Positions 1-10,793 of a stretch of 49,987 nucleotides of DNA are shown piece by piece (position 1 is the stretch's first letter; each line of letters starts with the position of its first letter). The stretch is from the NCBI GenBank assembly GCA_001661245.1, contig KV454011.1:1022426-1072412 (forward strand), read 5' to 3'. This stretch comes from Pachysolen tannophilus NRRL Y-2460 (Eukaryota). A program made the position numbers and the translations under genes. The notes beneath the pieces are model-generated. The model was not told the origin of the DNA. It worked only from the letters and a program-made list of their open reading frames with translations, and searched no databases.

Positions 1-1
1 A

Positions 2-1363
2 CATTATTGTTCTTTCAGGTTTCCAACCAATTTTCAACAATTCGTTAAAACCACGAATGATCTCAATCATGACGGAACTACCAGAATTGGGATCACCAGC
101 ACCACCTTTTGTCCAAGAGTCCCTATGGTTTCCCAAGATAATAATCTCATCCTTCTTGTTTCCAACAATAGTTCCATAAACATTCCATAAAGGTGTAATA
201 TTATAGATTTGATCACTGTACAAATTTAACTTAAAATTAGGATTAGGACCAACATAATAATCATAATCAGGTAAAGCTCCAACCCAATCTTCACCACCAA
301 TTTTTTTTGATCTTATACCATGACCATTTAATTTGGATAAAATTGGTTTGATCTCTCTATAGCTGATAGTTAATACTGGAATTTCACCAATGGCACCATG
401 AGGATCTTCTCTTTCAATATTATCACCTTTTGATGGGAAGCCTGGAGTAGTTGGATCACCCGGCTGAAAGGTGATAAATTGAACCGAGCCTCTTTGAACA
501 CTACTAGGGTTTCTTGCAGGTCCATCGGGGTAAGTTTTATACCCATTCTCAGGAGTTATACCATTATCATCACCAGGATCTAAATAAAGTAACATACCAA
601 TAGCACCTGCTTCCTGAGCAAATTTTACCTTTAAACCACGAAATATGGCCCCATATCTTGCTATAGTAATTTTACCCTTAACATCAACACCTTGAGACAG
701 TAATAATTCAAAATCTTTCTTAGTACCATAATTGACATAAACATATTCCGCGGTAACGTTACCGTTTGCACCATATACCAAGAAAGTTGGAACTAATCCT
801 TCTCCCGTAGTAGTTACATCTTGTTCCAATTGGTCTTCCTTCAAAGAAGGCTTATAAACCACTTCATCAACCTCTTTATCACTCTTAGTAGTTTTAATCA
901 ATTTTAAAGATTGCTCATTTGGATAGCTGACGTAAACGTCATAATCATCAATTTCAGTTTGTAAGCCATATTCTTTAAATTTTTTCTCAGTCCATTCAAC
1001 AAGACCATAATTAGTTCCCAGTAAATGAGGTTCACTAGTATATTTCTGAGACCAATTACCACTTAAATTAGTTTCCAATGCTTTTAAGAAAGTATCAAAT
1101 AATAAATCTTTATCTAAGTTGGAACTAGTAATATGATTAACTGAATTGCCTTTACCTTTAATCAAATTGGTAACAAAATTTTTATTACAATTGCAAGAAC
1201 CAAGACCAAAAAAAATTGGAGAAACCCAATGAAATTGACTGATAATTAAAAATGCCAATGAAAGGCCAATAACTAATTTTGAAATTAAGATTCTCTTCTT
1301 CAGTGAGAAAGAGTTCTTACTGTCTTCACCCGACAATGAGTAATACGGAAATTTTTCATTCAT
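2..1363 (-). CDS. VPS70: M28B glutamate carboxypeptidase II / Vps70-like type II membrane peptidase; 3' end runs off the window start
   Basis: Not in the ORF track. Hand-read from ATG at 1363: MNEKFPYYS, an N-terminal hydrophobic segment, YTSEPHL[CTG]GTNYGL, PA domain (GNVTAEYVYVNYG; IARYGAIFRGLKVKFAQEAGAIG), PGDPTTPGFPS, and Zn-ligand motifs IILGNHRDSW and GAGDPNSGS, then GWKPERTIM at the edge. All segments read are in the same frame. Exact orthology (VPS70 vs TRE-like) is uncertain. Confidence 0.88.
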   Translation of the reverse strand, partial: MNEKFPYYSLSGEDSKNSFSLKKRILISKLVIGLSLAFLIISQFHWVSPIFFGLGSCNCNKNFVTNLIKGKGNSVNHITSSNLDKDLLFDTFLKALETNLSGNWSQKYTSEPHLLGTNYGLVEWTEKKFKEYGLQTEIDDYDVYVSYPNEQSLKLIKTTKSDKEVDEVVYKPSLKEDQLEQDVTTTGEGLVPTFLVYGANGNVTAEYVYVNYGTKKDFELLLSQGVDVKGKITIARYGAIFRGLKVKFAQEAGAIGMLLYLDPGDDNGITPENGYKTYPDGPARNPSSVQRGSVQFITFQPGDPTTPGFPSKGDNIEREDPHGAIGEIPVLTISYREIKPILSKLNGHGIRSKKIGGEDWVGALPDYDYYVGPNPNFKLNLYSDQIYNITPLWNVYGTIVGNKKDEIIILGNHRDSWTKGGAGDPNSGSSVMIEIIRGFNELLKIGWKPERTIM

Positions 1364-1868
1364 TTTGTTCAATATCAACTATTGAATTAAAAAATAACCA
1401 ACAAGCCATCGGATGGAAATGATATTCAGGTTAAATAGTGTATTTCAAAATCAAGATGGGGTGATAAGCTACTATTGTCGTTTCCGCTAAAGATTTGTCT
1501 GCAATTTCTTTTAATGTAATATGCAACTCGGATTTAAAAGCTCCAGCCGCACGAGTTCAAAACTAATAAATCCAAAGAAAGCTTTAACAACCAACATTTT
1601 TTACAATTCAATCAAAATAAAAAGTACAAATTAAAACAAGAATAGAAAGGAAATAAACAAACAAAATAATAATAAGAAAAATGCAGTCTGTAAACTGTTA
1701 GGTACATCAAAGTATTATAGGAACAATATGAAATGAAAACAAAAATAGTAAAAAGATAAAAAAAAAAATAAATTAACAAACTACTAGTTTTTCTTTTTTC
1801 CATATTTTAAAAAAAATCCTTCTATGAATGAAAAATTCATATAGTCTATTTATACTTATACTCTAGTT

Positions 1869-4800
1869 TTATTGTTTTAATCTAGCATCCAACACTTCAA
1901 TTTCTTGTTTCAAACTAGCTTCCTCAACCGACTTTACTAATTCTTTAGTACTCTTGGCCACATCAAATGCAATACCTGCTAATCTTTGTTTGAAATTTTT
2001 ATCAGCATAATCACCATCAGAAGTCTTTGGATTACTTGCACACAAAATCTCCATTCTTCTACTGCAGTCCTCTAAATTCTGTACCACCCAAGTACCATGC
2101 TCTTTCAATTGAATGTTTCTAGTTTGGTTCATTGATATATTTGTAGCCTCAGTCATTTGTCCAACAACAATATTGATGGCTTCTGCACCTTCACGTAATA
2201 ATCCTCTTGTAGAATCCTGCTTCTTAATTGCTGTCAATAAAGTTTGAATGGTAGAAATTACTTTCATTGTTTGATGTTCCAAATATAACAACACTTCATT
2301 TAAAGTATTATCTGGATTTGAAATATTAAACTCTTCAATTTTGAAATTTGCTGCAGCTACAGACTTGCTGGTACTAGGTTCGGAATCATTATTAACAACA
2401 TTGTCCGAGTGAGTTGCAGAAGCTTTATTATTCTCAGAGTATGGATTTTGAGAATATTGTTGCTGCGGCACTGGTTCATATGAACCATTATCATGTTGAA
2501 ATTTTTTGTTCAATTTGGACTGCAGCAGTTGTGATTGTGATACTAAATTTCCTGAATCAGCAGTGGTATTCATGTTATTTAAGGTAGACTTACTAGTTGG
2601 TAATTCAAATGTATGTTGAGAAGAAGGTAAATCATCTGAAATTTGCGAATCAGCGCTTCTCTTAGTATTAACCAGGTTATTAGATCTTATAGATTTCTTT
2701 AAATCATCATAAGTTTGCTCTGCAATTACATCGGCATCAATATTAGCATTGACATTAGCATTAGCATTAGCATTTGCATTTGCATCAGCATTAGCACTGG
2801 TGTTAGTGTTAGTGTTAGTGTTAGTTTGATCACCATTATTTTGACCATTCTTATTTTTAATTTCATTTTCTTTATTTTCAATGCTTGTAGTTGAAGTTTT
2901 ACTTTCAATTTCAGCTAAGCTTGATCTTCTTCTAGCACCAAATTTTTCAAACCCATCAGTGGTGATAATTTTAGAACCTGAATATGGTGACTTCTTTGTA
3001 GCGGAATTAACCTCAGCAGATTCTGGGGACTCAAATTGTTTAACCTTCAGTAAAATATTTTTAGAAGTAAAAGTTTGGGAACTTCTTTGACCACTTGCAG
3101 GTCTACTAGGAGGTGAAATATAAGAACCGTCATTATTCAGGTCCGATGCTGTGGAAAATTTCGAAGCTAATGAAGCAATACCAGAACCTTTAGTAAATTT
3201 TGGAGAATCTGGTGTTCTTGGATCATCATTATTATTATTGCTAGTACCACCAATGTTTGAAGTTTTCAAAGATAACCCACTTACTCCCAAACCATTTTCT
3301 CGCTTAACGTTGCTACTAAATTCTGATTGAGAAGGAGACATAACTCTAATTGGTGCAACTTTTGAACCCATTGGCCTAGTGATAACATTATCAGATGAAA
3401 GTTTAGAAGTGGAAGCAGATGGAGAATTTAATCTTTCAATCATCTTCAATGGTCTAACAGGAGATGCAGCAGAATCATTATTTTCAAATTTGGTTGGATT
3501 CATAAAAGATGGAGTTTCAACAGATAGGTTCAAGTTCCCATATTTGGAATTGTTTTTGGTGTTGTTACTAGTGGTGGCAGCAGTCTTGTTGTTTTTCAAG
3601 TCACCACCACTACCAATAATATCAGATGATTGAATCTTGGCAAATTTAACCAAGTCACAAACAGATAGTGCAACTTCGTTGACTGCAACATTAACAACTA
3701 ACAAGGGCAAGATTGGGCTACTTGTCATATAATAGCGAGCAACAGTTACACAGTGACTGGCCGCTGCTTTACAAAGTGCAGTTAAATCGGTAATAGAATT
3801 GTTTTCACTATCAACCTCACCACAAATTGCGCTTGCTTTAGTAACAATTGAAGTAATGCTTGTATATAGGATATCAACATCAAAGTCATTACCATTAACA
3901 AGTAAATAAAATAATTCAAGTGATGATTGAAAATCTGAAATTGCTTTTGAAGAAATTAAACCTTGTTCAGTAATATAAGGTTTTAATTCATTTTCTGATA
4001 AGTCTGCTTTTATCAATTCATCATTAATCTTTTCAGAACGAGATTTTTCATATCTTCTTTGCCATTTCAAAATTTGAGCTTTATAATTTTCTTCATTTTT
4101 CTCATCATCAACAATTGATTTATTATCAATTTCTCCATTTACAAGAGCTTCTAATTTTTCTTGTAATTTTTCTAAACGAGTATTATCATCAAAAGTTTTA
4201 TTATCTTTATTTACTAATGATCCTGATTGTTGTAAAGAAGTTTGTCTTGCCTTTAAATTTTCATTTTCTTGTTTAATTTTATTATAATTTTCTTCTAAAG
4301 AACTATGTTCATTTAATATAACTGAATGAGTTTTCTGTAAAGCATCAAATTGATCTTTAATATTATTATACTCTTCATTACCCATCAGTTTATTTCTTGA
4401 AAAATTTTCAAGTTTGGTATTTAATTGTGAAATAATATCATCTTTTGATTGGGTTTGATCATGATAATTCATAACTTGATTTTCTAAATCTTGAACTCTA
4501 CTTAGTAATGCCGAGTTTTCAGATTTTAAAATTTCCAGAGTTTCATTTGAATTCTTAAGTTCAGTCTTTGATAAAGCCAATAAACGTTCTAATTCAGTAA
4601 TTTTATCATCCATCTTAGTTCCTTCTTGTAATAACATTTGAATTTCTCTATCTTTATCAATACCATTGGCAACTCCACGTTTGGTTGAAGATATTGAAGA
4701 TGAATTTTTTAAATGACTTTTAAAATTTTTACTTTGAGGACTTTGATTAATATTATGGGCATGATCAGGTGAAGAAAATCCTGATTGTGCCTGAGATTGC

Positions 4801-5600
4801 GCCTGAGCTTGAGCTTGAGCTTGAGTGTTTGCAGCACGCTGTGGAGAGTATGGGGGTATCTCATCATCTTGTTCATGTTGTTCGTCTTCCCTATCTACTT
4901 CATTATCATTATCTTCTTCATCACTTGACCAAGCCATTGTTGCCTTTGTAGGAATAACAGTTTTCGAATGAATACCATGTTGAGAAGCCAGTGACAGGAA
5001 CCCATTCAGATCTTCTAATGAAGGACGAGAAGAATTTTTTTTACTATTAACATCCCTTTCAGCAGGGGTTTCATCATCAGGTTGATTTTCATCAAAATGA
5101 TCCAGGTCAATAATACTTGATGTTTGAATAGGTTCAAACTTTCCTTCTTGTACCAGTTTATTCTTTTCATCATTCGTCTCTTTAAGAAAAGGCTGTGTAG
5201 TGGCAGTATCATGTAATCCTCTTCTTTCAATCTCAAACAATATATCATTAACCAAATCTTTAAATCTTTGTGCGGGCAATGAAGCCAATTTTTTCCTAGC
5301 TTGATTTCTCTTTGGATGGAAATTATCCCTAGGCAATAAATGATCTGGTTCTTCTCTTGATTCATTTATTCTTCTTTGTAATTCATCATAAACATCAGTA
5401 CTTAACTCTATAAATTGTGCTTGTGATAATTTTAACAATTTTTCTCTAGCCTTAATAGCCCTTGAAGAAGTTACTCTTGGAGCGTTAGTCTTATCAAACG
5501 AAACATCTATAAATTGTTTTAAGCTCTTATGATGCTTCAATATTTCTTTTTGGACCTCTGGATTATCCAAAGAATTGGTCTTTTCTGAAGACATAGTCAT
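1869..5600 (-). CDS. SPA2: Polarisome scaffold Spa2 (about 1243 aa)
   Basis: Two Spa2/GIT homology repeats (LLKLSQAQFIELSTDVYDELQRR; RNQARKKLASLPAQRFKDLVNDILFEIERR), a coiled coil and a GIT-like C-terminus (FKQRLAGIAFDVAKSTKELVK). The ORF-track start lies in a TA microsatellite; first ATG is at 5600 (alternative 5594). Confidence 0.95.
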   Translation of the reverse strand: MTMSSEKTNSLDNPEVQKEILKHHKSLKQFIDVSFDKTNAPRVTSSRAIKAREKLLKLSQAQFIELSTDVYDELQRRINESREEPDHLLPRDNFHPKRNQARKKLASLPAQRFKDLVNDILFEIERRGLHDTATTQPFLKETNDEKNKLVQEGKFEPIQTSSIIDLDHFDENQPDDETPAERDVNSKKNSSRPSLEDLNGFLSLASQHGIHSKTVIPTKATMAWSSDEEDNDNEVDREDEQHEQDDEIPPYSPQRAANTQAQAQAQAQSQAQSGFSSPDHAHNINQSPQSKNFKSHLKNSSSISSTKRGVANGIDKDREIQMLLQEGTKMDDKITELERLLALSKTELKNSNETLEILKSENSALLSRVQDLENQVMNYHDQTQSKDDIISQLNTKLENFSRNKLMGNEEYNNIKDQFDALQKTHSVILNEHSSLEENYNKIKQENENLKARQTSLQQSGSLVNKDNKTFDDNTRLEKLQEKLEALVNGEIDNKSIVDDEKNEENYKAQILKWQRRYEKSRSEKINDELIKADLSENELKPYITEQGLISSKAISDFQSSLELFYLLVNGNDFDVDILYTSITSIVTKASAICGEVDSENNSITDLTALCKAAASHCVTVARYYMTSSPILPLLVVNVAVNEVALSVCDLVKFAKIQSSDIIGSGGDLKNNKTAATTSNNTKNNSKYGNLNLSVETPSFMNPTKFENNDSAASPVRPLKMIERLNSPSASTSKLSSDNVITRPMGSKVAPIRVMSPSQSEFSSNVKRENGLGVSGLSLKTSNIGGTSNNNNDDPRTPDSPKFTKGSGIASLASKFSTASDLNNDGSYISPPSRPASGQRSSQTFTSKNILLKVKQFESPESAEVNSATKKSPYSGSKIITTDGFEKFGARRRSSLAEIESKTSTTSIENKENEIKNKNGQNNGDQTNTNTNTNTSANADANANANANANVNANIDADVIAEQTYDDLKKSIRSNNLVNTKRSADSQISDDLPSSQHTFELPTSKSTLNNMNTTADSGNLVSQSQLLQSKLNKKFQHDNGSYEPVPQQQYSQNPYSENNKASATHSDNVVNNDSEPSTSKSVAAANFKIEEFNISNPDNTLNEVLLYLEHQTMKVISTIQTLLTAIKKQDSTRGLLREGAEAINIVVGQMTEATNISMNQTRNIQLKEHGTWVVQNLEDCSRRMEILCASNPKTSDGDYADKNFKQRLAGIAFDVAKSTKELVKSVEEASLKQEIEVLDARLKQ

Positions 5601-6508
5601 ATATATATATATATACAAATATATATATATATATATATGTATGTTATGTAAATTATATTAACAAAAAAACAAAGGAAAACTTTAATAACTAATCTCTAAA
5701 AGTATTAATTCATTAACAAACAATGACGCCTGATATTTCTAATGTTTGTTTAAAAAAAAAAAAAAAAAGAGAGACAGTAGAAAAAAATACCTTCTCTTCA
5801 CTTTTTAATTCTATTTTCTTTTTGTCTTGACTTTTCTATCTATGTTTGTTAACAAATAATAAACAAAACAAAACTAATTTAATTGAGAGAAATCAGATCA
5901 ACTTTAAACACGTCCCCTTTCAAAAAGGCGTTTTTATTTTATTTTTTTTTTTCTATTTTTTTTTTTGTTTGACCACAAAAACGCAAAAACGCAAAAACGC
6001 AAAAAAAAAAACAAAAAAAAAAAAACACAGAAAAATTTGTTACGCGCGCACACTACCAAACGACTAATTAAATGAACTTTCGTTATAGTAGTAATAAATT
6101 GTATGTATGTATGTATAGTAGGTAAATAAAGAGTTAAGTGATTTGTTTCTATATACAAAAGATGAATGAATAACTATATAATTTAATAAAAGAAGAAAGA
6201 AAAAAAAAAAGGAATCAAGAAACACGGTAATGAGAATTAGAAAAATTAATTCATGTTTATAAGCAATCTTTATTTGTTTTTGTTTTTTTAACTTGTGCCT
6301 TGAATCTTGTTCTTCTCTTGTGTTTATGCTTATATTCTATTTCAAGCTTAACTCTGCCACTTTATGCTTTTTTTTTATTTTTCTTTTTTTTTTTGTTTTT
6401 TTAAATTAATTTTTTTTGTTCTTCTTCTTCTTTCTTTCTTTCTTTGGCTTAGATTTGTTCTACTATCTAAGAACGAAAAATATTGAAAATAGTTTAGTTT
6501 ACTTTAAT

Positions 6509-7249
6509 TTAATTTATTTTATTTTTTTCTCTTCCTGATAAAAATTCTTTACTTAATTCGACTGCTGTTTTCACTAATGACAGCTCTTGGTTGTCCAATA
6601 GTTCTTCTTTGATGAATTCTTGTGCTTTAGTGGTTCCATGGAACAAATTTATTGCGCCAACTAATGCCGAGGTGACTTTACTATAAACTGCATTTTCACC
6701 ATTTGTCCTTGGATCTTCATCCAACGGGCTTGCTTTTTTCCAAAATATAATTTGATTTATATTTTTTGATTTGATAAATTTCAGTAAACATTCTTCATGG
6801 ATGATAAATTTTGAAACTAATGAACCTAAACAATCAAAATTTAAATTATTTATAGCAAATTTTGAATTTGTTGGAGATGAAATACTATAAAAAGAAGTAT
6901 AATACTTTAATAATTGGAAACCTATAACTGATAATTTCTCATTATAAGGTTTTGAACCATGTGCAAAAGATTTATGTGTAATTACTTGTAATAATAAATC
7001 ATCTGGAATTAAAAATTTACCATTTTCAACTTTAGTTAAATAATTTTTAATATATTTTAAATTATCCTCCGTCACACCATATCTATGATTCTTCACTGTT
7101 AAATACTCTTCCGGATCACGAATAGCACCTCTAAGTCTTTCCCCTCTTACAAGCGCTATTGATCTTGATTGAGTAAAAGGTGTTATAAGTCTGAACTGAT
7201 TATTTCTTATTGTTTTCAATGATCGTTGTAAACTCATATTCATACTCAT
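6509..7249 (-). CDS. MRPL15: Mitochondrial large-subunit ribosomal protein mL57 (RNase III-like)
   Basis: Arg/Ser-rich presequence and motif LQVITHKSFAHGSKPYNEKL; adjacent to SPA2, as MRPL15 is to SPH1 (SPA2 paralog) in S. cerevisiae. Confidence 0.9.
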   Translation of the reverse strand: MSMNMSLQRSLKTIRNNQFRLITPFTQSRSIALVRGERLRGAIRDPEEYLTVKNHRYGVTEDNLKYIKNYLTKVENGKFLIPDDLLLQVITHKSFAHGSKPYNEKLSVIGFQLLKYYTSFYSISSPTNSKFAINNLNFDCLGSLVSKFIIHEECLLKFIKSKNINQIIFWKKASPLDEDPRTNGENAVYSKVTSALVGAINLFHGTTKAQEFIKEELLDNQELSLVKTAVELSKEFLSGREKNKIN

Positions 7250-7410
7250 ACTCCAACTCCAACTATTCTATTTTATTTTATTTTATTTTTTTTTTTTTCT
7301 GGGTCTTTGTTTTGAAAATTTTTTTTTCTTTTCTCTTCTATACCTATATACTGTAATGTGAATTTTATTATCAGTCAATACGGTATTTCCAACTTTTTAC
7401 TTCTTTTTTT

Positions 7411-7455
7411 TTTTTTCACTTTTTTCACTTTTTTCACTTTTTTCACTTTTTTCAC
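7411..7455. repeat. Five tandem copies of TTTTTTCAC (RRPE-like) upstream of MRPL15
   Basis: Read directly: (TTTTTTCAC)x5, with TGAAAATTTT at 7313-7322 nearby. Confidence 0.85.
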
Positions 7456-7877
7456 TTGTTGAAATTTTTTTCATTTATTCATCAAAGGGAAAGAAAATGT
7501 CACATGATCAAAGTAAATGTGAAAAAAAGTGTTTAAATTCGTGTGACTTGCACACACGACCTAAGAAATAAGTCTATAAGTTTTAGATAGATGAAGATAC
7601 TACTATTTAATAATTTTGTGTGTGTGTGTTTTGAGAGATATAGAACAATTAATAGTTGATTGATCTTAATACTTTGAAAGAATTGAAAAATTACAATTAA
7701 TTAATTTTCAAAGAACAGAAATTTCAAAGTAAAATTTTATTTTTGTGTAAAAATTGTATACCAACTGTTGAAAAAAGTAAAAACAGGAAAAGTAAAAAAA
7801 AAAAAGAATAAAAAGAAAAAGAAACATTTTTCCTTCAACTTTTCTTTTTTTACAAATCTATCTATCATATATATAGA

Positions 7878-8366
7878 TTATAATTCACCTGAAGCATCAA
7901 TGATAATTTTAGCCTTTGTAGAACCAGAGTTTGAACCTAAAGATTCAACAGCTTTAACAACATTTGAACCTTCAATAACTTCACCGAAAACAACGTGCTT
8001 ACCATCTAACCAAGGACATGGAACTGTGGTAATGAAGAATTGAGAACCATTGGTGTTTGGACCAGCATTGGCCATAGATAATAAGAATGGTCTATCATGC
8101 TTCTTGGTGAAATTTTCATCAGCAAATTTATCACCATAGATAGATTTACCACCAGTACCGTTACCACGGGTAAAGTCACCACCTTGTAACATAAAGTCTG
8201 GAATAACTCTATGGAATCCGGATTTAGCATAACCATAACCTTTTTCACCAGTTGCTAAAGCTCTGAAATTTTCAGCAGTCTTTGGTACAATATCATTGTA
8301 TAATTTGAAAACAACACGACCTAATGGCTTACCATCAGCTGAAATATCGAAAAAGACTTTTGACAT
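7878..8366 (-). CDS. CPR1: Cyclophilin A peptidyl-prolyl isomerase (162 aa)
   Basis: [46 protein letters not shown] and [10 protein letters not shown]; no targeting peptide. Confidence 0.98.
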   Translation of the reverse strand: MSKVFFDISADGKPLGRVVFKLYNDIVPKTAENFRALATGEKGYGYAKSGFHRVIPDFMLQGGDFTRGNGTGGKSIYGDKFADENFTKKHDRPFLLSMANAGPNTNGSQFFITTVPCPWLDGKHVVFGEVIEGSNVVKAVESLGSNSGSTKAKIIIDASGEL

Positions 8367-8701
8367 TGTAAATTTAGTATAATCTAGTTAATTGATTAGT
8401 TTAATTGATTTAATTTAAAGAAATTGAATCAATTGAAATAGTAGTATTAAATAATTTTAATTATTTGCTGTCAAGATGTAGTGGCGAAATTGGAATATTT
8501 TTATAGCATTAAATTACTTTTGCTTGAGTTTGTGATTCTCGCAGTTTTTTTTTTTTTTTTTTTTCCCTCTTTCTGCTTTCTTTTCTTTTTTCATTTTTTT
8601 TTTTCCTTCGTTTTTTCCGCCAGCCCAGCGGCACGTCGCCGAGAAAAAGTGACAGCGGATTTTTGGGACTTTTTTTTTTTCTTTCTTTCTTTCTTTCTTT
8701 T

Positions 8702-8708
8702 TCACGTG
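8702..8708. promoter_or_regulatory. Cbf1-type E-box (TCACGTG) in the CPR1 upstream region
   Basis: Exact TCACGTG next to a GC-rich island (about 8615-8670) flanked by poly(dT) tracts; function inferred. Confidence 0.45.
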
Positions 8709-8975
8709 CACATATTTTTATGGCATGTACTTACTTAATATTATTTTTTACTTAATGTACAATGATGACACTCACACCTGTTTTTTTTTTAAAAATAATT
8801 TAAGGTTTGGGTTTTAGCAGATTCTACAAGTTTAATAACCAATAACCAATAGCCAATGGAAACTGGGAAATGATGACAGTACAAGTTGTTTTATTTTTAT
8901 TTTATTTTTTTTTGGCTGCAAACTAATCGAAATAGAATTAATCTACCGAGGATTTGGTACTAATATGGATATGTA

Positions 8976-9018
<43 letters not shown>

Positions 9019-9490
9019 CATGGTGTAGTGTAGTGTAGTGTAATGTAATGTAGTGCACTGGAAGATAAAATGTCAATTTTGGGAAGGGGTCTTATTAATA
9101 CAAAAATACAAATTAATATTATTTAATTATTAATTAATTATTCATTAATATTAAATAATATTAATTTTATAATTGCCAAACAAGTAATAGGAGTATGATA
9201 ATGATCCAGTAATTTCTAAATTGAGATTCAGTATTGGATTTTTATCATACTATAATCAACTAAATGATTGATTGATTGATTTTTTTTTTTTGTTCTTTCT
9301 TTTTCTTGATTATTTTTACCGGCATAGAATAATACCAAAAAGTTTTTATTTTTTTTTAAAACTATAAAAACCATGTAAGGGCGCATAATACTAAGACTAT
9401 GTATTTGATAGCAGTATAACGTGGTTGACATTTTAATTTTTAAAAAATTTATTACCTTGTATACTACATACACATCATTTGAGATTCTAG

Positions 9491-10543
9491 TTAATAATCA
9501 TATTCATCTTCTTTCCCAAAATCTAGTTGGATTGGGAAACCACAAGTTTTCAAGATTTCATCCACACCATCTTTTAAAACCAAATCTTTTGTCTCTTGAT
9601 TCTTGGCTAATAATAAGCCTAAATAACCAACAGCATTTACACCTAATGTTTCCTTATAATGTGATTTTTGTCTTGGTACAATCATCATCCAATTTTCATT
9701 CATTAAAAAATTATAAGAAATTGGTAAATCATCTTTATAATCATCATTAGTTTCAGCATTAATTTTTTTGAAAAAATTTAAAATTTTTTTAAATAATTCA
9801 ATAAATGAAAATGATAATAATTCTTGTTTTTCTTGTTCTGATTCAAATTTTTTAGGTAATGGTAATATAAAATGTTTAAAACTTAAATCTGACTTAAATA
9901 ATGGATCTGTATCAGGATATCTTGCATCTGGTATGAAAAATTCTTTCCCTTCAACAACATAATCAGGGAAAGGTTTAGATTCTTTAAGTGGATATTTCAT
10001 AAATTGAACATGTTTATGTTGTTGTGAAAATCCACTTGCTGGTCCATTATTGAAAAATGCAAATATTCCTCCTTCATTTTCTTTATCATTTTTTCTACCA
10101 TTAACATTTTGTAAAATGTTGAAAATACAAGTCAATTCTGAAGGACTTAATAAAGTATCTTGTTTAACAAAATTTTTTGTTACTAATAAAAAATGATTTT
10201 CAGATACTGGGAATTTATTTAATAATATTTTATAATTTGAAAATAAATCATCAACAACAACCAATTCTTTATCAGGATTTAAAAATGGATCAAATTTTTG
10301 TACATTCTCCAATTTATCAATTTTTTGAGATTGTTTCTCAGTATCTTCTTCTTTTTTCACAAGTGAATTAATAATTTTTAATTCGCATGTTAAATTACCT
10401 TTATCGATTATTATGGTATCATTAGCTTTCGTATATATCACTTTACCTGCCTCAGTAGCTTCAATAAAATTTTTTCTAATCAATGATTGCAAGTCCAAGT
10501 TCAATAACTCTTCATGAGTCTTTACAGTTACAATGTCCGACAT
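9491..10543 (-). CDS. APA2: Ap4A phosphorylase / ATP adenylyltransferase, Apa1/Apa2 family, copy A (about 350 aa)
   Basis: DPFLNPDKEL, YKILLNKFPVSENHFLLVT, catalytic FFNNGPASGFSQQHKHVQF (HxHxQ), SYNFLMNENWMMIVPR. Likely start is MSDIVT at 10543; the upstream ORF extension is low-complexity. Confidence 0.9.
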   Translation of the reverse strand: MSDIVTVKTHEELLNLDLQSLIRKNFIEATEAGKVIYTKANDTIIIDKGNLTCELKIINSLVKKEEDTEKQSQKIDKLENVQKFDPFLNPDKELVVVDDLFSNYKILLNKFPVSENHFLLVTKNFVKQDTLLSPSELTCIFNILQNVNGRKNDKENEGGIFAFFNNGPASGFSQQHKHVQFMKYPLKESKPFPDYVVEGKEFFIPDARYPDTDPLFKSDLSFKHFILPLPKKFESEQEKQELLSFSFIELFKKILNFFKKINAETNDDYKDDLPISYNFLMNENWMMIVPRQKSHYKETLGVNAVGYLGLLLAKNQETKDLVLKDGVDEILKTCGFPIQLDFGKEDEYDY

Positions 10544-10793
10544 TACCCAATTTGAATTATAATTATAATTATAATTGCGATTGCAATTGCACTTGATTGA
10601 TTCAAAAAAAAAAAGTGATAAAATGGGAAATAATAATGGAAACAAACTTTCTACTTTCATTTTTATACAGGTTAAAAAAAATATTAAATTAACGCCCTTT
10701 TTTGGTAAAACTTTATAGAACTTTTTATTTTATAAAATGAATATATATATATAAATATATATATATATTAATAAATAATTTTAAATCTCATTA

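Noticed and set aside
6150..6157. Puf3-like TGTATATA on - downstream of MRPL15
   Set aside because: About 350 nt past the stop in TA-rich DNA, where it is expected by chance.
8760..8885. Repeated AATGATGACA (box C-like) suggesting a C/D snoRNA
   Set aside because: No matching box D (CTGA), terminal stem or recognisable rRNA guide.
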